The notes under the pieces are model-generated. The model did not search any database, had not been told where the DNA came from, and worked only from the letters and a program-made list of their open reading frames with translations. 64,000 bases of DNA, from the NCBI GenBank assembly GCA_900617105.1, contig UYFQ01000237.1:1-64000 (forward strand). Reading direction: 5' to 3'. A program made the translations under genes and the position numbers. Positions 1 through 10,408 of this stretch are shown piece by piece (within the stretch, counting starts at the first letter, position 1; the number at the start of each line of letters is the position of its first letter). This DNA comes from Hydrurus foetidus (Eukaryota).

Positions 1-2748
1 TGTGACTGTCATTGGCAAAGTGCAACCGAGTCGTAATGGCTTGTCTCTAGTAGCCCTCAGATAGCATATGAGCCTATCGAGTTTCTTGTCGTCTTCTGTT
101 GTCGGTGCCTTTACACGTTTGCACAGTTCACCCAACACTAATACAATGTCTGGGCGTGTTCGGTTCCCCAGGTATAGCGCCGTAGCAACGTCGGTGTGAA
201 AGGTTTTAGCGTCTTTCTCATTCAGGAATTTGCAGTCCAAGGTCCGCTCAAATAGGTGTGGGGCACCCGGTGATGATGGGTCTCCGATGAGCTTCATACC
301 GCGTTCGGCATGGCTTTTTTCCCTTGATGATATCAAATCTTGGATCATCCCGATCTGTGTTACCTTTACAAATCTAGGCTCAGTGTAATCCCACATGCAG
401 CCTAGGTACGGTAGAACGCGCTCTTGGGTGGTACGGAATTGGCCGTACGTTTTCAACAAAATCTTTTCCATGTCAAGAACCGCTTTCTTGTCCACGCATG
501 TCATCTTTAGATCGTCTACGTAGACTAGGATCGTAAATTGGTTGCCTTTGATGTCCTTGTTGAAGACGCAAATATCGCGCGGGTTAGCCGTGAAACCATT
601 TGACCGTAGGGTTCCGGCTATCTCGTTGTACCATAGTTTAGCAGACTCAATACACCCGTATAGTGCTTTGTCCAGTCTCACCACCAACCCTCCATTGTGT
701 CTTCTGAAGGGCGAAAAAGATTTGTCTTGTTTGATGATGGCGTCGGTCACATTCTTATCGATATACATATGAAGGATTTTATCCGGTTTATCCATAGGCA
801 TGTTGGCGTTGAGGTACGCGGACCCAACGTCCCCGACCATGATGAAACGGTTTTCCGCAGCAGCAATCTGTGCAACTGTAAATATAGCAGCTATGCTCGC
901 TGTTGGTGACTCAACTTCATCTGCAGCATAGTCCTCTCTGACTTGTGCACGCCCATCCACACAGAAGCGCGCCTTGACCTTGTCGATTTGGCGATCGCCA
1001 TTCGAGTTTAGTGTTGGAAGGTATTTCTCCACAACATTCATGTTCGAACGGAGGATCTTCTTTGTCTGAGTAGGTGTGAGTTGTTCCATGTGGACTCCTG
1101 AAAATGTCCCCTTTGCCAGTAGTGATTTGACCTCTGACTCAATGGCTGCGGTAGCCTTATCCGGGAAAAGTTTCAGTGCCCGGGTAACTGTCATAAGTGA
1201 CCAGTCACCCCTAATTCCTTCTTTCTGTGCTGGAATAGGTAGTTTGTCAGCTACTAAGTTGAGTCGGTCTGGTGCCTTTCGAATTCTCGTCGACTTCTCA
1301 CGCAATTCAACTGGTGCACTAGGTATGTACGTACGTACTGCGGTGGTAGGTGGTGCCTCTGGTTGCTCCTCCGGTACCGCTTCAAATGTAGTTTCTGGCC
1401 CGGATACTTCGTCGGAAGTCAGATTACTAGTATTTTCAGCACCCGCCGATTCCATTTCACCCCGAATCTCAATTTGGTCTTGAGCAATTTGAGGTTCCAT
1501 CATGGTATGAGGCGTGTCGGTTTCATCCGGGAACACCGGTAAGATTGGAGGTGTAAGTTGAAACGGGATTGTTGGCACCGGTATTGAAGGTGAATCCATT
1601 GTGACAATATCATCGTCGATATCTCCTGTGATGTCTTTATCATGGAAAGTGAATATTGGTTCTTTCGATGTATGTATCTTGTTCTTCGATGCCCACCCAT
1701 TTACAGTGGTGGTGACGAGTGGTGGTATCGGTAGCACCACATAGTGGTTGGCCGATATGACGCTCCTAGTGTCAATGCGCATAAAGGAATGAGTGCCTGT
1801 CCCATTCATCTTTGGTTCTAGGTATAGGCATCCAATGGTTCTTGGATCCATGTTGTTGCTAAGCACCCTCCCGGTGACTTGGCAGTATGACCCGAATGGT
1901 GGTCCAATATCTTTTTTCGTGTCCGCCTTTCTACCAAAGAAAGCTTCGAAAGGGGAAATTCTATCTGTCCTCGTCGATGAGGGAAAGAGTAGTAACTTCT
2001 TCGCAGAGGCTGTCACGAGGTAGGACATGAGTATGTCAGGCAGTAGGTACGGTAGACTGAAGATGGTACAGCGGATGGTCTCCTTTAGGTGCCTGATCAT
2101 TCGTTCAATAATGTGATCATGTTGCCCTGGACCAACCGCAATCACTTCGACACCCATGGCGTTCATGTCGTTGAAAAGTGCAGCGATGCCTCGCTCATTG
2201 TCACTTGTAAATTTCACGATGGAAATTCGTCGGGACCCGATGGTGCCGAACATACGCTTGAGGCTCTGTCTGAGCACCGGCGTTGTAACATTTTCAACAC
2301 AGCCGACCAAAACAATTCCCAGTGGATGGGTAATTGAAACTAGGAATGGCTGTTTATTTATGAACATGATGTCACAATGCATGTGTTGCGCATCAAAGTT
2401 TCGTGTCGTAGTAGGTAGCTGTGGTGGTGGCATAGGCCTCAGCCGAGTAGTGCGTCCTTTGAGTGACGCCGTGTTTGGTCCCCAAATTTCTGTAGCACGT
2501 GCGACATCTTCAGGTAAGATGTCGCAGTTGAGAAACGTTCCAGCTCGCAATGCAGAAATGAATTTCTGATCTGGTGGAAATCCCAAACTCGCTTGCATGC
2601 GTCGTGCATCAGCGCTTCTTTGAACTTCGCGTTTCGTGAATTTGGCTTCGTTGGCGTCCGTTGTAGGCAGTTTTGTAGAGTAAAATATACTTGTAGATGG
2701 TGTTTTACCACTGCCGGATGAGCATATGCATTTCTGCGCTCTGCGGCG
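1..2748 (-). CDS. pol: copia Pol: integrase plus reverse transcriptase (partial, open to the window edge so absent from the ORF track)
   Basis: Hand translation gives DVARATEIWGPNTASLKGRTT, DDE triad HCDIMF / TSDNE / IIERMIRHLKE, and RT motifs DKALYGCIESAKLWY (~630-675) and ILVYVDDLKM (~500-530), all in one frame. Confidence 0.92.
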
Positions 2749-4466
2749 TCAGAATATCGCGGCTCCGGAGGCACCGCCAAATCGGCGACATATAGCCCTC
2801 CACGATGTTGGAATTTGTAGGTGCTCTGATCAGTGTGGAGCAGAAATGCATCCTGATCTATCATAGAACCCTGGCGAAACTCCCAGTTGTGCCCTTGCAA
2901 CAGGCAATCGGATGCCGATACGATGGAAAGTCCAGCACGCGGATCAAAATGAACGATGCCAATGTCACGAAGGTTTCCTGCTTTAGTTACAGTAAGCGAA
3001 CCATGCAAGCCTTTGAACACAGTAGGAGTGCATGTCGCGATGTCACTCAGAACATCCGCACATGTAATGATGGTGCCAGTAGCTCCAGTGTCAAAGATGG
3101 CTTCGGAGGTACTATGTTGGTTGATGTTACGGTTTGCAGAAAAATCGGTCCGAGGACCGAGGGTTGCGACTTCCACCGGTGTGGTGGTATAGCACACGCT
3201 ACAGTGCCTGTCGCCATGTTCATTCTCGTTAACCTCTTGATCCCACATTTGGCCAAAAGCAGTGTAGACATCTCCTTGAGCACTGGGGTCATCTTCCTCA
3301 GTTTGTCTCCTCGCCGACATTGATGTTTTTGGGGCTGAAGGAGGCTCTCCGGCTGCCTTCTTTCTGCACTCACTAGCACGATGACCTGCTTTTCCACAGT
3401 GGTAACAAATCCCACTGAACTTGCCCTCCTTTGTATCTTTAGCAAAGGACACTTTCGGCTCTTTAATCTTTGCCGGATTGATCTTCTTGGCCTTTTCTTT
3501 AGCGGGTGGTTTTTCGCCCTTTGGGGGACCGCCCGGTTTCATGAGGTTCTTTGCTGCAAGTGCCGTTTGGTGAGTCACTATCGCTGATTGTAATGCACTA
3601 CCCTTTACCCCACGATGGAATCTAGTCGCTCCGTTGATGGCTTCCATCAGGGTCTTCGGATAAATGTCAATCTTGTTGCACTCCAAATAATTGCTGAGAT
3701 AGTTCTTGTAGTCATGATAGACCTGTGAGGTACTACTCAACCCCTCAATTAGCTTTGTCGCTTGTTGGACAGCATTTGGAATCTGCGCTTCCGGTACTCC
3801 TGTTGCAGCGAGTCGATCGAAAAGCTTGACCGCACGTCGTCCGTACGGTACGATGTCTTCACCCGTACTCATAGTCAGCGTGTACCAGTCCCGTAGGGCC
3901 TGGGACCGCTCGAATTCCTGATTACCATCACATCTTGATGTAACAACTGACTTGATGACTTCAAGTAGTTTAAGTGGATCGTCGAATTCGACTGCTATGA
4001 ATTCCGAATTCACTATCAGAATCGCGTTTAGCGATGGTGAACACATGCTCCGAATCAGGCGATATGCCGATTCACGATCGTCCATTTGCTTCATTATCCT
4101 CTTATTCACCAATGCTCTGTCGGTGTTGATATCATTCATCATCATCTTTGCTCGGTATCCCTTTGGATCCGAGATTTCGGTGAACGATTCCAGTAATGTG
4201 AAGTTGGGCGGCTTGAAGTTGTAAACCTTGTAGGCAGGTTTGATGGTGAGTAGCATTGGGTCGGGACAGATGCTCTGAAGGTCCTGAAAGTTGCTCCTCA
4301 TATACTCTTTCAGTTTCAGCATATTGGCGTCCCATTCTTTCCACCCGTTGTGGGTTATCTCAGGCAAACTTTCTGGCCTCGAGCCATCTCCGATTGCTGA
4401 ACTTTCGCGCTTTTCACCCTTCTCAGGTTTCGATTGGGCAGCGCCTTTCTCGCCTCGCTGACTCAT
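2439..4466 (-). CDS. gag: copia Gag (zinc knuckle) plus aspartic protease; real homology ends near 2703, where the frame slips into pol
   Basis: 675-aa ORF with CYHCGKAGHRASEC (CX2CX4HX4C) and protease motif IFDTGAT; the last ~90 aa are out-of-frame integrase sequence. Confidence 0.9.
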   Translation of the reverse strand: MSQRGEKGAAQSKPEKGEKRESSAIGDGSRPESLPEITHNGWKEWDANMLKLKEYMRSNFQDLQSICPDPMLLTIKPAYKVYNFKPPNFTLLESFTEISDPKGYRAKMMMNDINTDRALVNKRIMKQMDDRESAYRLIRSMCSPSLNAILIVNSEFIAVEFDDPLKLLEVIKSVVTSRCDGNQEFERSQALRDWYTLTMSTGEDIVPYGRRAVKLFDRLAATGVPEAQIPNAVQQATKLIEGLSSTSQVYHDYKNYLSNYLECNKIDIYPKTLMEAINGATRFHRGVKGSALQSAIVTHQTALAAKNLMKPGGPPKGEKPPAKEKAKKINPAKIKEPKVSFAKDTKEGKFSGICYHCGKAGHRASECRKKAAGEPPSAPKTSMSARRQTEEDDPSAQGDVYTAFGQMWDQEVNENEHGDRHCSVCYTTTPVEVATLGPRTDFSANRNINQHSTSEAIFDTGATGTIITCADVLSDIATCTPTVFKGLHGSLTVTKAGNLRDIGIVHFDPRAGLSIVSASDCLLQGHNWEFRQGSMIDQDAFLLHTDQSTYKFQHRGGLYVADLAVPPEPRYSDAAERRNAYAHPAVVKHHLQVYFTLQNCLQRTPTKPNSRNAKFKEALMHDACKRVWDFHQIRNSFLHCELERFSTATSYLKMSHVLQKFGDQTRRHSKDALLG

Positions 4467-4540
4467 TCTGAGCTAGCTAGCGGCTTCTAATTATCTTGGA
4501 ATAAGGCTGTCTTTTGGATCCTGGATCCAGTCAAAGCACC

Positions 4541-4976
4541 TGGTTGATAGCAGTGATTCGTTCAGAACACACTTTGCTTTCAGCTAGTCGACCAAGGTCG
4601 CTTCAACAGCTCACTCTAGTGTAGGTATAATGGCACACAGCCATATAGTCTCTTTTAATTAGAAGTGCTCATTGTGTCAAAACATAGCAGTTCATGGCTA
4701 GCTATACTAGCTACAGTTGGCTGTTCACTGTCATCATCAGTTGCAACTTTCAGTACAGTTTGAGAGATGGTCTCGGGTCTGTGAGCGCTACCCTCGCTTG
4801 TAGCCTTATGCATCCCTAGGTGGATACAATGTGTCTAGGTTAACTAGGTACAATAGGTACAATACGCCCAGATTCCAGTTTTGGGTCTTAGTTCTACATA
4901 GAACTCCCGCCTTGTTAGGAGACTGTACATCACCTATCCTTTAACTGTAAACTATAATCACAACGTTATCCTAACA
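4541..4976 (-). repeat. putative 5' LTR of the copia element
   Basis: Non-coding segment upstream of gag. On the minus strand it begins TGTTAGGA and has a candidate ...TATCAACCA end near 4541. The partner LTR is outside the window, so the inner boundary is uncertain. Confidence 0.5.
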
Positions 4977-5191
4977 ACGTCGCTTTCCTTCGTCCCTCCG
5001 TGTCCCGCCCTCTGTCCTACCAACTTCGGTGCCATCGTCCTAGGTCCCGATCAGAGCCATAATATCGATATTTGGTCATTCACCAAAGTTACTTCCATCA
5101 AAGTTTCGTCAAAGTTCAATCCGAGAAAATTTTTTTCTCCTCCCTCTTTCCATCCGTCTCCTCCTCCAACTTTACCCGCAACGCCAACATT

Positions 5192-6395
5192 ATGGCAGTA
5201 CGACGCCAGGAGAAGAAGACTAGCCCCATCAACGCCCTCCGACGACAGCAGCCTCGAGCTGTGGCCGTCGCTTTCCGCCAACGTCATGATGAGCATAACC
5301 AACGACGAGCAGATGCAGATTTTCCTGGGTCACCTGCGACTCAGGACTCCGCCGGCGACCTGTCTGCACCGATTCCTCAGCGGAATTCGGAGCCTGCGGT
5401 CATGTCTGCCATTGATGTCCCTGTCATTTCTGCATTGAACGCTTTGTCGTTACAACCAACCAGCTGCGACACCAGCTTCGGCTGCGACACCAGCTTCAGC
5501 TGAGAATCCTATTCCAAGGACGATGGCACCACCCCAGCAATATGTGCAAACGGGTGAGAGAGCTCCTAAGTTGAGCGCCGTGCCCTCTCGTCAGGAAGTA
5601 CTACGGGTAATGGAAGTTCTCCTTTCAAATGGAACTCCATTTAAACCAGTTGACGTAGTCCATGTTTCCAACCATCAATCGTTTACAACGCTTCTCAAGC
5701 GTAAGTTTGCGACCGATCCCGATCGTCGCGACTCCTGTAACAATTGGAAACATTGGTCGAATCAATTGTTCTGTAGAGAACTCAATCTCACAGTTCCTAC
5801 ATCAGCTGTCAGCCGAACTGACAAGCTGAGCTTCATTGAAACTGTTTCTCAGGTCGCACTTCAATTCGACCTGAAGAATAAATCAGTGGAAGACAAGACA
5901 GATCAGCTTTTAGCTGATATTGTTGATGGATTCCCTGATGCAACACCCGCTCTCCAACTTCAGGCAACCAAAATTCTAATCGATAAGTTGCCTGTCGAAC
6001 CTATCAATTGGAGAGCAGTGTTACAGCGTAGTCTTAACAATACAACGCCAAGACTCATTACAATCGAAGACTTCCGATTCGTATGGCTTGCGCAGCTTGC
6101 TAAGCTACGAGAATCAATTGATGCCTTACGGTTCATTGATGTCTCTCCTTTGTATGGTGATAACTCTCGCCAAATCAAAGCTCCTGCTCGTTCCTCTCAG
6201 GACAAAATCAAAAACGTCCACGAGAGAACGAGCAATCTGTGCAATCAGACAAGTCTGACAAATTCGAAAGACCTCTGTGCACAGGTTGTGGGAGACTTAG
6301 CCATTTCGTCGCCACGTGTTTCTACACTATGTCTCCGTACTATAATAGTACTCAGACACCCTACATTAACTCTGAGGGTCATAAGCAGTTGTTGA
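5192..6395 (+). CDS. gag: gypsy Gag-like region, split into two ORFs (5192-5503 and 5523-6395)
   Basis: Lies directly upstream of the knuckle/protease ORF. The frame changes between 5439 and 5500 and again near 6204-6214. Confidence 0.6.
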
Positions 6396-8770
6396 AAGTC
6401 GATTCGAAGGCTAAGTTTATCCCAACTTTACCTAAGCCATCGACCTCTTCTTCATCGTCTTCCTCTTCCTCCTCTTCCTCTTCGTCAAAACCTGCTACTT
6501 CAACAGCAGACTCGACAAACCCAGCGAAGAAGCACAAGGGTGAGCAACTATGCAATCTCAATTCATCATCTATTCTTTCCGATGATCCAGAACTTATTCC
6601 TTTCTTCATATCTCCCCTCTCACAGGAGGTTATGCTGGAAAAAAGTAATAGAGTCTTTACTCTCCTGGACACCGGCTCTTTTGCTGGCAATTTTATACAT
6701 CGCCGCATTTTAACTAACCTCAATTTCACACAATTCGTTTCGAACTCTTCAGAGAAATTGTGTAAAGTTTGTAGTGGATTAGATAATCATTGTTATGATA
6801 TTTCTGACACTATAGACTTAACTCTTTCTTATTTTTGCCCTGATTTAAATAATCATTATACTTTTCAAATCACGGCTTATGTTTTAAACGATTCAAAATT
6901 TGATCTAATAGTGGGACGTAAATCAATTCGCGAATTGAATTTGTTTTCACGATTTCCAGATCAAATATCTGCCAATGCTTCATCAAGCACAATCCCGTTA
7001 GCGGAAGTTTTATCTTCTGAGCAAGTGGATATAACGTGTGGCTGTCAGCCTAAGGAGAATTTGCTACCCTCCGATGGCTCCCCAAAAGTCGATCCTTTAA
7101 CCCAAAAGGTGAAACCGGCAGTCACTCAAACACACGTTATTCTAGCTTCACTAATACAAGAGTCTGAAAGACTTTTTGAGGCTGTGCCCCCTGATGAGGA
7201 TGAAATCGACGACTCGATCAAGGACTCGTTTTCACCTTGGATAGATGAATTCCCTGATACTGACCCACTCTCGCTAATAAACTTAGCAGGTGATGAAGAT
7301 CAGAAAAATAAACTTCGATTACTAGTAAACGAATTCAAGGATATATTTAGCAGTGAACTTTCGGCCACTCCTGCTGATATTCCACCTTTTGACTTTCATG
7401 TCAATGACGACCAATGGAGAGTCCCTAGAAATAGACAACCTCCATGGTCTAAATCAACAGTTGATCAAGCTGACATTCTTAGTCAGATTAACAAACTTGA
7501 AAAACATAATATTGTTGAAAAATCAAACGCGGCTTATTATAGCCAAGTTTTACTAGTTCCAAAATCTGATGGAACTAAGCGCATGTGTATTGATTTTCGG
7601 AATCTCAACAATTGTACCGAAGATAAATCACATCCTATTCCACACATCGGTGAGATGTTGCGTAGAATAGGTGCACATAAAGCAAAAGTGTTTGCTGTGC
7701 TTGACCTCACTCAAGGTTATCATCAAGCACCACTTACACTCGCTGCACGTGCTTATACTGCATTCATACTTTTCTGCGGAGTATATCAATTCACTCGTTT
7801 ACCCTTTGGGCCAAAACAAGCTCCCTCCTATTTCCAACAGATCATGACGACTGTTGTGTTAGCAGGTCTGATATACTCTATATGCGAAATGTACATCGAT
7901 GATTGCAATGTTTTCGGTAAAGACATTGATGAACTCATTTCGAGACTTCGTCTTGTTTTTGAACGCTTTAGAAAACACAAAATATTCCTTAAACCGAATA
8001 AGTGTTATCTAGGCTATGCCGAAATAGACTATGTTGGCAAAGTTCTATCTGCGGATGGACTTAGAATGTCACAAGAAAAAATACGGACTGTCTTAGATTT
8101 TCCTAAACCAGTACTATCTAAACAACTTAAAAGTTTTTTAGGATTGGTTAATTATTTTCACGACTTTGTTAGAAACGCTTCTACTGTTGTATACCCGTTA
8201 CATCAGTTGCTTCTTAACTATAATAAGTATAAGAAAATAACTTGGACAATAGAAGCTCTCAGAGCATTCAATTTGATCAAATCCGAGATTTCTAAATGCA
8301 CGACTATGCACTTTTTAAGTGACACCGATCCGATTTACTTGCACACTGATGCATCGGACTACGGTGTAGGTGCCTATCTTTTCCAGTTAGTTGACGGTCA
8401 AGAGACGCCCATAGCATTTGTCAGTAAATCACTTAACAAAGCTCAGCTTCGTTGGGCTGTTATACAGAAAGAAGCATATGCTATCTTTTATTCGTGCACG
8501 TATTTAAAATCGCTATTACGTGATCGTTTGTTTACATTACGAACAGATCATCGTAACTTGTTATACATCAAGGATAATTCAAATCCAATGATTGTTCGGT
8601 GGTTTATGGCCTTATCCGAATATTCATTTAAGATTGAGTATATACCTGGATCTAACAATGATATAGCTGATTCGATGTCTCGACTCTGTCGCAATAACAT
8701 GGTTGATTTCCCTCAGGAATATACTCCTGATGCAATCATGTCTGCTAATATTATTGAGAAATTAAACTAA
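6239..8770 (+). CDS. pol: gypsy zinc knuckle, protease, reverse transcriptase and RNase H
   Basis: CTGCGRLSHFVATC; LLDTGS; KRMCIDFRNLN, LDLTQGYHQ, RLPFG, MYIDD; LHTDASDYGVGA, EAYA, TDHRNL, IADSMSR. Confidence 0.96.
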   Translation: MQSDKSDKFERPLCTGCGRLSHFVATCFYTMSPYYNSTQTPYINSEGHKQLLKVDSKAKFIPTLPKPSTSSSSSSSSSSSSSSKPATSTADSTNPAKKHKGEQLCNLNSSSILSDDPELIPFFISPLSQEVMLEKSNRVFTLLDTGSFAGNFIHRRILTNLNFTQFVSNSSEKLCKVCSGLDNHCYDISDTIDLTLSYFCPDLNNHYTFQITAYVLNDSKFDLIVGRKSIRELNLFSRFPDQISANASSSTIPLAEVLSSEQVDITCGCQPKENLLPSDGSPKVDPLTQKVKPAVTQTHVILASLIQESERLFEAVPPDEDEIDDSIKDSFSPWIDEFPDTDPLSLINLAGDEDQKNKLRLLVNEFKDIFSSELSATPADIPPFDFHVNDDQWRVPRNRQPPWSKSTVDQADILSQINKLEKHNIVEKSNAAYYSQVLLVPKSDGTKRMCIDFRNLNNCTEDKSHPIPHIGEMLRRIGAHKAKVFAVLDLTQGYHQAPLTLAARAYTAFILFCGVYQFTRLPFGPKQAPSYFQQIMTTVVLAGLIYSICEMYIDDCNVFGKDIDELISRLRLVFERFRKHKIFLKPNKCYLGYAEIDYVGKVLSADGLRMSQEKIRTVLDFPKPVLSKQLKSFLGLVNYFHDFVRNASTVVYPLHQLLLNYNKYKKITWTIEALRAFNLIKSEISKCTTMHFLSDTDPIYLHTDASDYGVGAYLFQLVDGQETPIAFVSKSLNKAQLRWAVIQKEAYAIFYSCTYLKSLLRDRLFTLRTDHRNLLYIKDNSNPMIVRWFMALSEYSFKIEYIPGSNNDIADSMSRLCRNNMVDFPQEYTPDAIMSANIIEKLN

Positions 8771-10062
8771 CACGTGAGCAGTACAATATTATCAGTAAAG
8801 TACACAACTCACAAGTTGGACATTTCGGTCTAGAGCGCACTCTAAAGCGTCTCAAAGATAATAATGAAATTTGGCAATATATGCGACAGCATGTCAGGTG
8901 GTTCATAGATCACTGTTCGTGTTGTCAGAAGATGAGTATGTTAAAGATACCAATAAATGCTCATGGCTTCTCAACTTCTACTTACACACCTATGGAATGC
9001 CTTAACATAGACTTCATAGGACCGTTTCCAGACGGCGGGTACGTACTCGTAATTATCGATACGTTCACAAGATGGGTTGAACTGTTTCATACAGAAGATG
9101 CTACGGCACTTTCAACAGCTAAATGCCTCTTGCAACATTTCGGTCGTTTCGGCGCACCTCTCCAACTCCGTTCTGATAATGGGCCACACTTCATTTCCGA
9201 AGTTATCAAAGAGTTTCTAACTCTTATTGGCACTCAACATTGTCTTACTTTAGCATACTCTAAAGAAGAAAATGCTATTGTTGAGCGCATGAATAAAGAA
9301 GTTAATAGACATCTTCGTGCATTAACATTCGATAATGTCACACTAGAAGATTATAAAACATCACTTCCTTTTGTGCAACGAATTTTAAATTCTAACCACA
9401 GTGATCGTTTAAAGATATCAGCTTCTCAACTTCTTTTCGGAAATGTACTGAAACTCGACAGAGGAATTTTTTTACCTCCTGCTGAGCGAAACGTTACTGA
9501 TGACAAACCTTTGTCAAAGCGTATGAGCAATCTGCTCAAAACGCAAGAAAGCCTTCTTAAAGCTTCGGCTAAAGAACTTCTTCGCACAGATTTGCTTCAT
9601 CAAAGTCAGTCTCAAATCTTTCAACATGTAGAGTATCCAAAAGACTCTTATGTCTTGGTGCACTATCGCGATGGATCACCTCCTTCACGTCTTCACACGC
9701 ATTGGAGAGGTCCATTAAAAGTCGTTAGTGGCGAAAATTCGCGTTACACTTTATATGATCTCGTCACTCAGAAAACATCAGAATTTCATGTATCTTCCAT
9801 GAAACCTTTTCTATTTGACTCATCAATCACAAATCCGTTAGATGTTGCACGACGTGATCACATGGAATACTTCGTTGAAGATATTCTTGAACATCGTGGT
9901 AAACATCAACGCACCCACATAGAGTTTTTAGTCAAGTGGTTAAATTACCCTTCTGACAAAAACACTTGGGAACCTTATTCAAGTCTTCGTGACGTTGTTA
10001 AACTTCATGATTATTTACGTCATAATAGTATGACCAATTTAATCAATAAACAACATCGTTGA
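8761..10062 (+). CDS. gypsy integrase with C-terminal chromodomain
   Basis: The frame of ORF 8881-10062 is open from ~8758 (KVHNSQVGHFG...CSCCQ, HHCC finger). DDE motifs IDFIGP, SDNGPHF, VERMN; WRGP motif; chromodomain YFVEDILEH...FLVKWLNY...TWEP. Confidence 0.95.
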   Translation: MKLTREQYNIISKVHNSQVGHFGLERTLKRLKDNNEIWQYMRQHVRWFIDHCSCCQKMSMLKIPINAHGFSTSTYTPMECLNIDFIGPFPDGGYVLVIIDTFTRWVELFHTEDATALSTAKCLLQHFGRFGAPLQLRSDNGPHFISEVIKEFLTLIGTQHCLTLAYSKEENAIVERMNKEVNRHLRALTFDNVTLEDYKTSLPFVQRILNSNHSDRLKISASQLLFGNVLKLDRGIFLPPAERNVTDDKPLSKRMSNLLKTQESLLKASAKELLRTDLLHQSQSQIFQHVEYPKDSYVLVHYRDGSPPSRLHTHWRGPLKVVSGENSRYTLYDLVTQKTSEFHVSSMKPFLFDSSITNPLDVARRDHMEYFVEDILEHRGKHQRTHIEFLVKWLNYPSDKNTWEPYSSLRDVVKLHDYLRHNSMTNLINKQHR

Positions 10063-10408
10063 CTTTTATATACATATATCCTTGAAACTTTATCCATGAG
10101 GATTCTCTCCCATTTTTTTTTACCTACGGGTCTTTTTTGGAGAGTTTAGTCAGTAAAAGTCTGACATAATCGTTTCAAGTTTTTCGAGCGAGCTGCAGTT
10201 TCGAGTTTCGATGGCTCTTCATCAGAAAGGCTGCAAATTCTTCAGAAGAAAGCTGATAGCTCGAAGATGATTTATCACTGCTGAGATCGGCCGCTTAAGG
10301 CTGTAACAATCGCTGTTATCAGAGGAATCTGTAGAACTCTTATTTTCATCTTATGATGGAACATTTCCCTGCTCTTTGACAATCACACCGATCCTGCAAA
10401 CCTGGAAG

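Larger units (their letters stand above)
1..4976 (-). mobile_element. Ty1/copia LTR retrotransposon (diatom CoDi-like), 5' part; continues past the left window edge
   Basis: Domain order on the minus strand is gag (CCHC knuckle), protease, integrase, RT, which is the copia order. Putative 5' LTR begins TGTTAGGATAACG at 4976. Confidence 0.93.
4977..10062 (+). mobile_element. Ty3/gypsy chromovirus-type LTR retrotransposon, internal region (no LTRs visible)
   Basis: Order gag, PR, RT, RNase H, integrase, chromodomain on the plus strand. Confidence 0.93.

Noticed and set aside
542..4471. Plus-strand ORFs over the copia element
   Set aside because: Antisense shadows of the long minus-strand gag/pol frames with no recognisable motifs.
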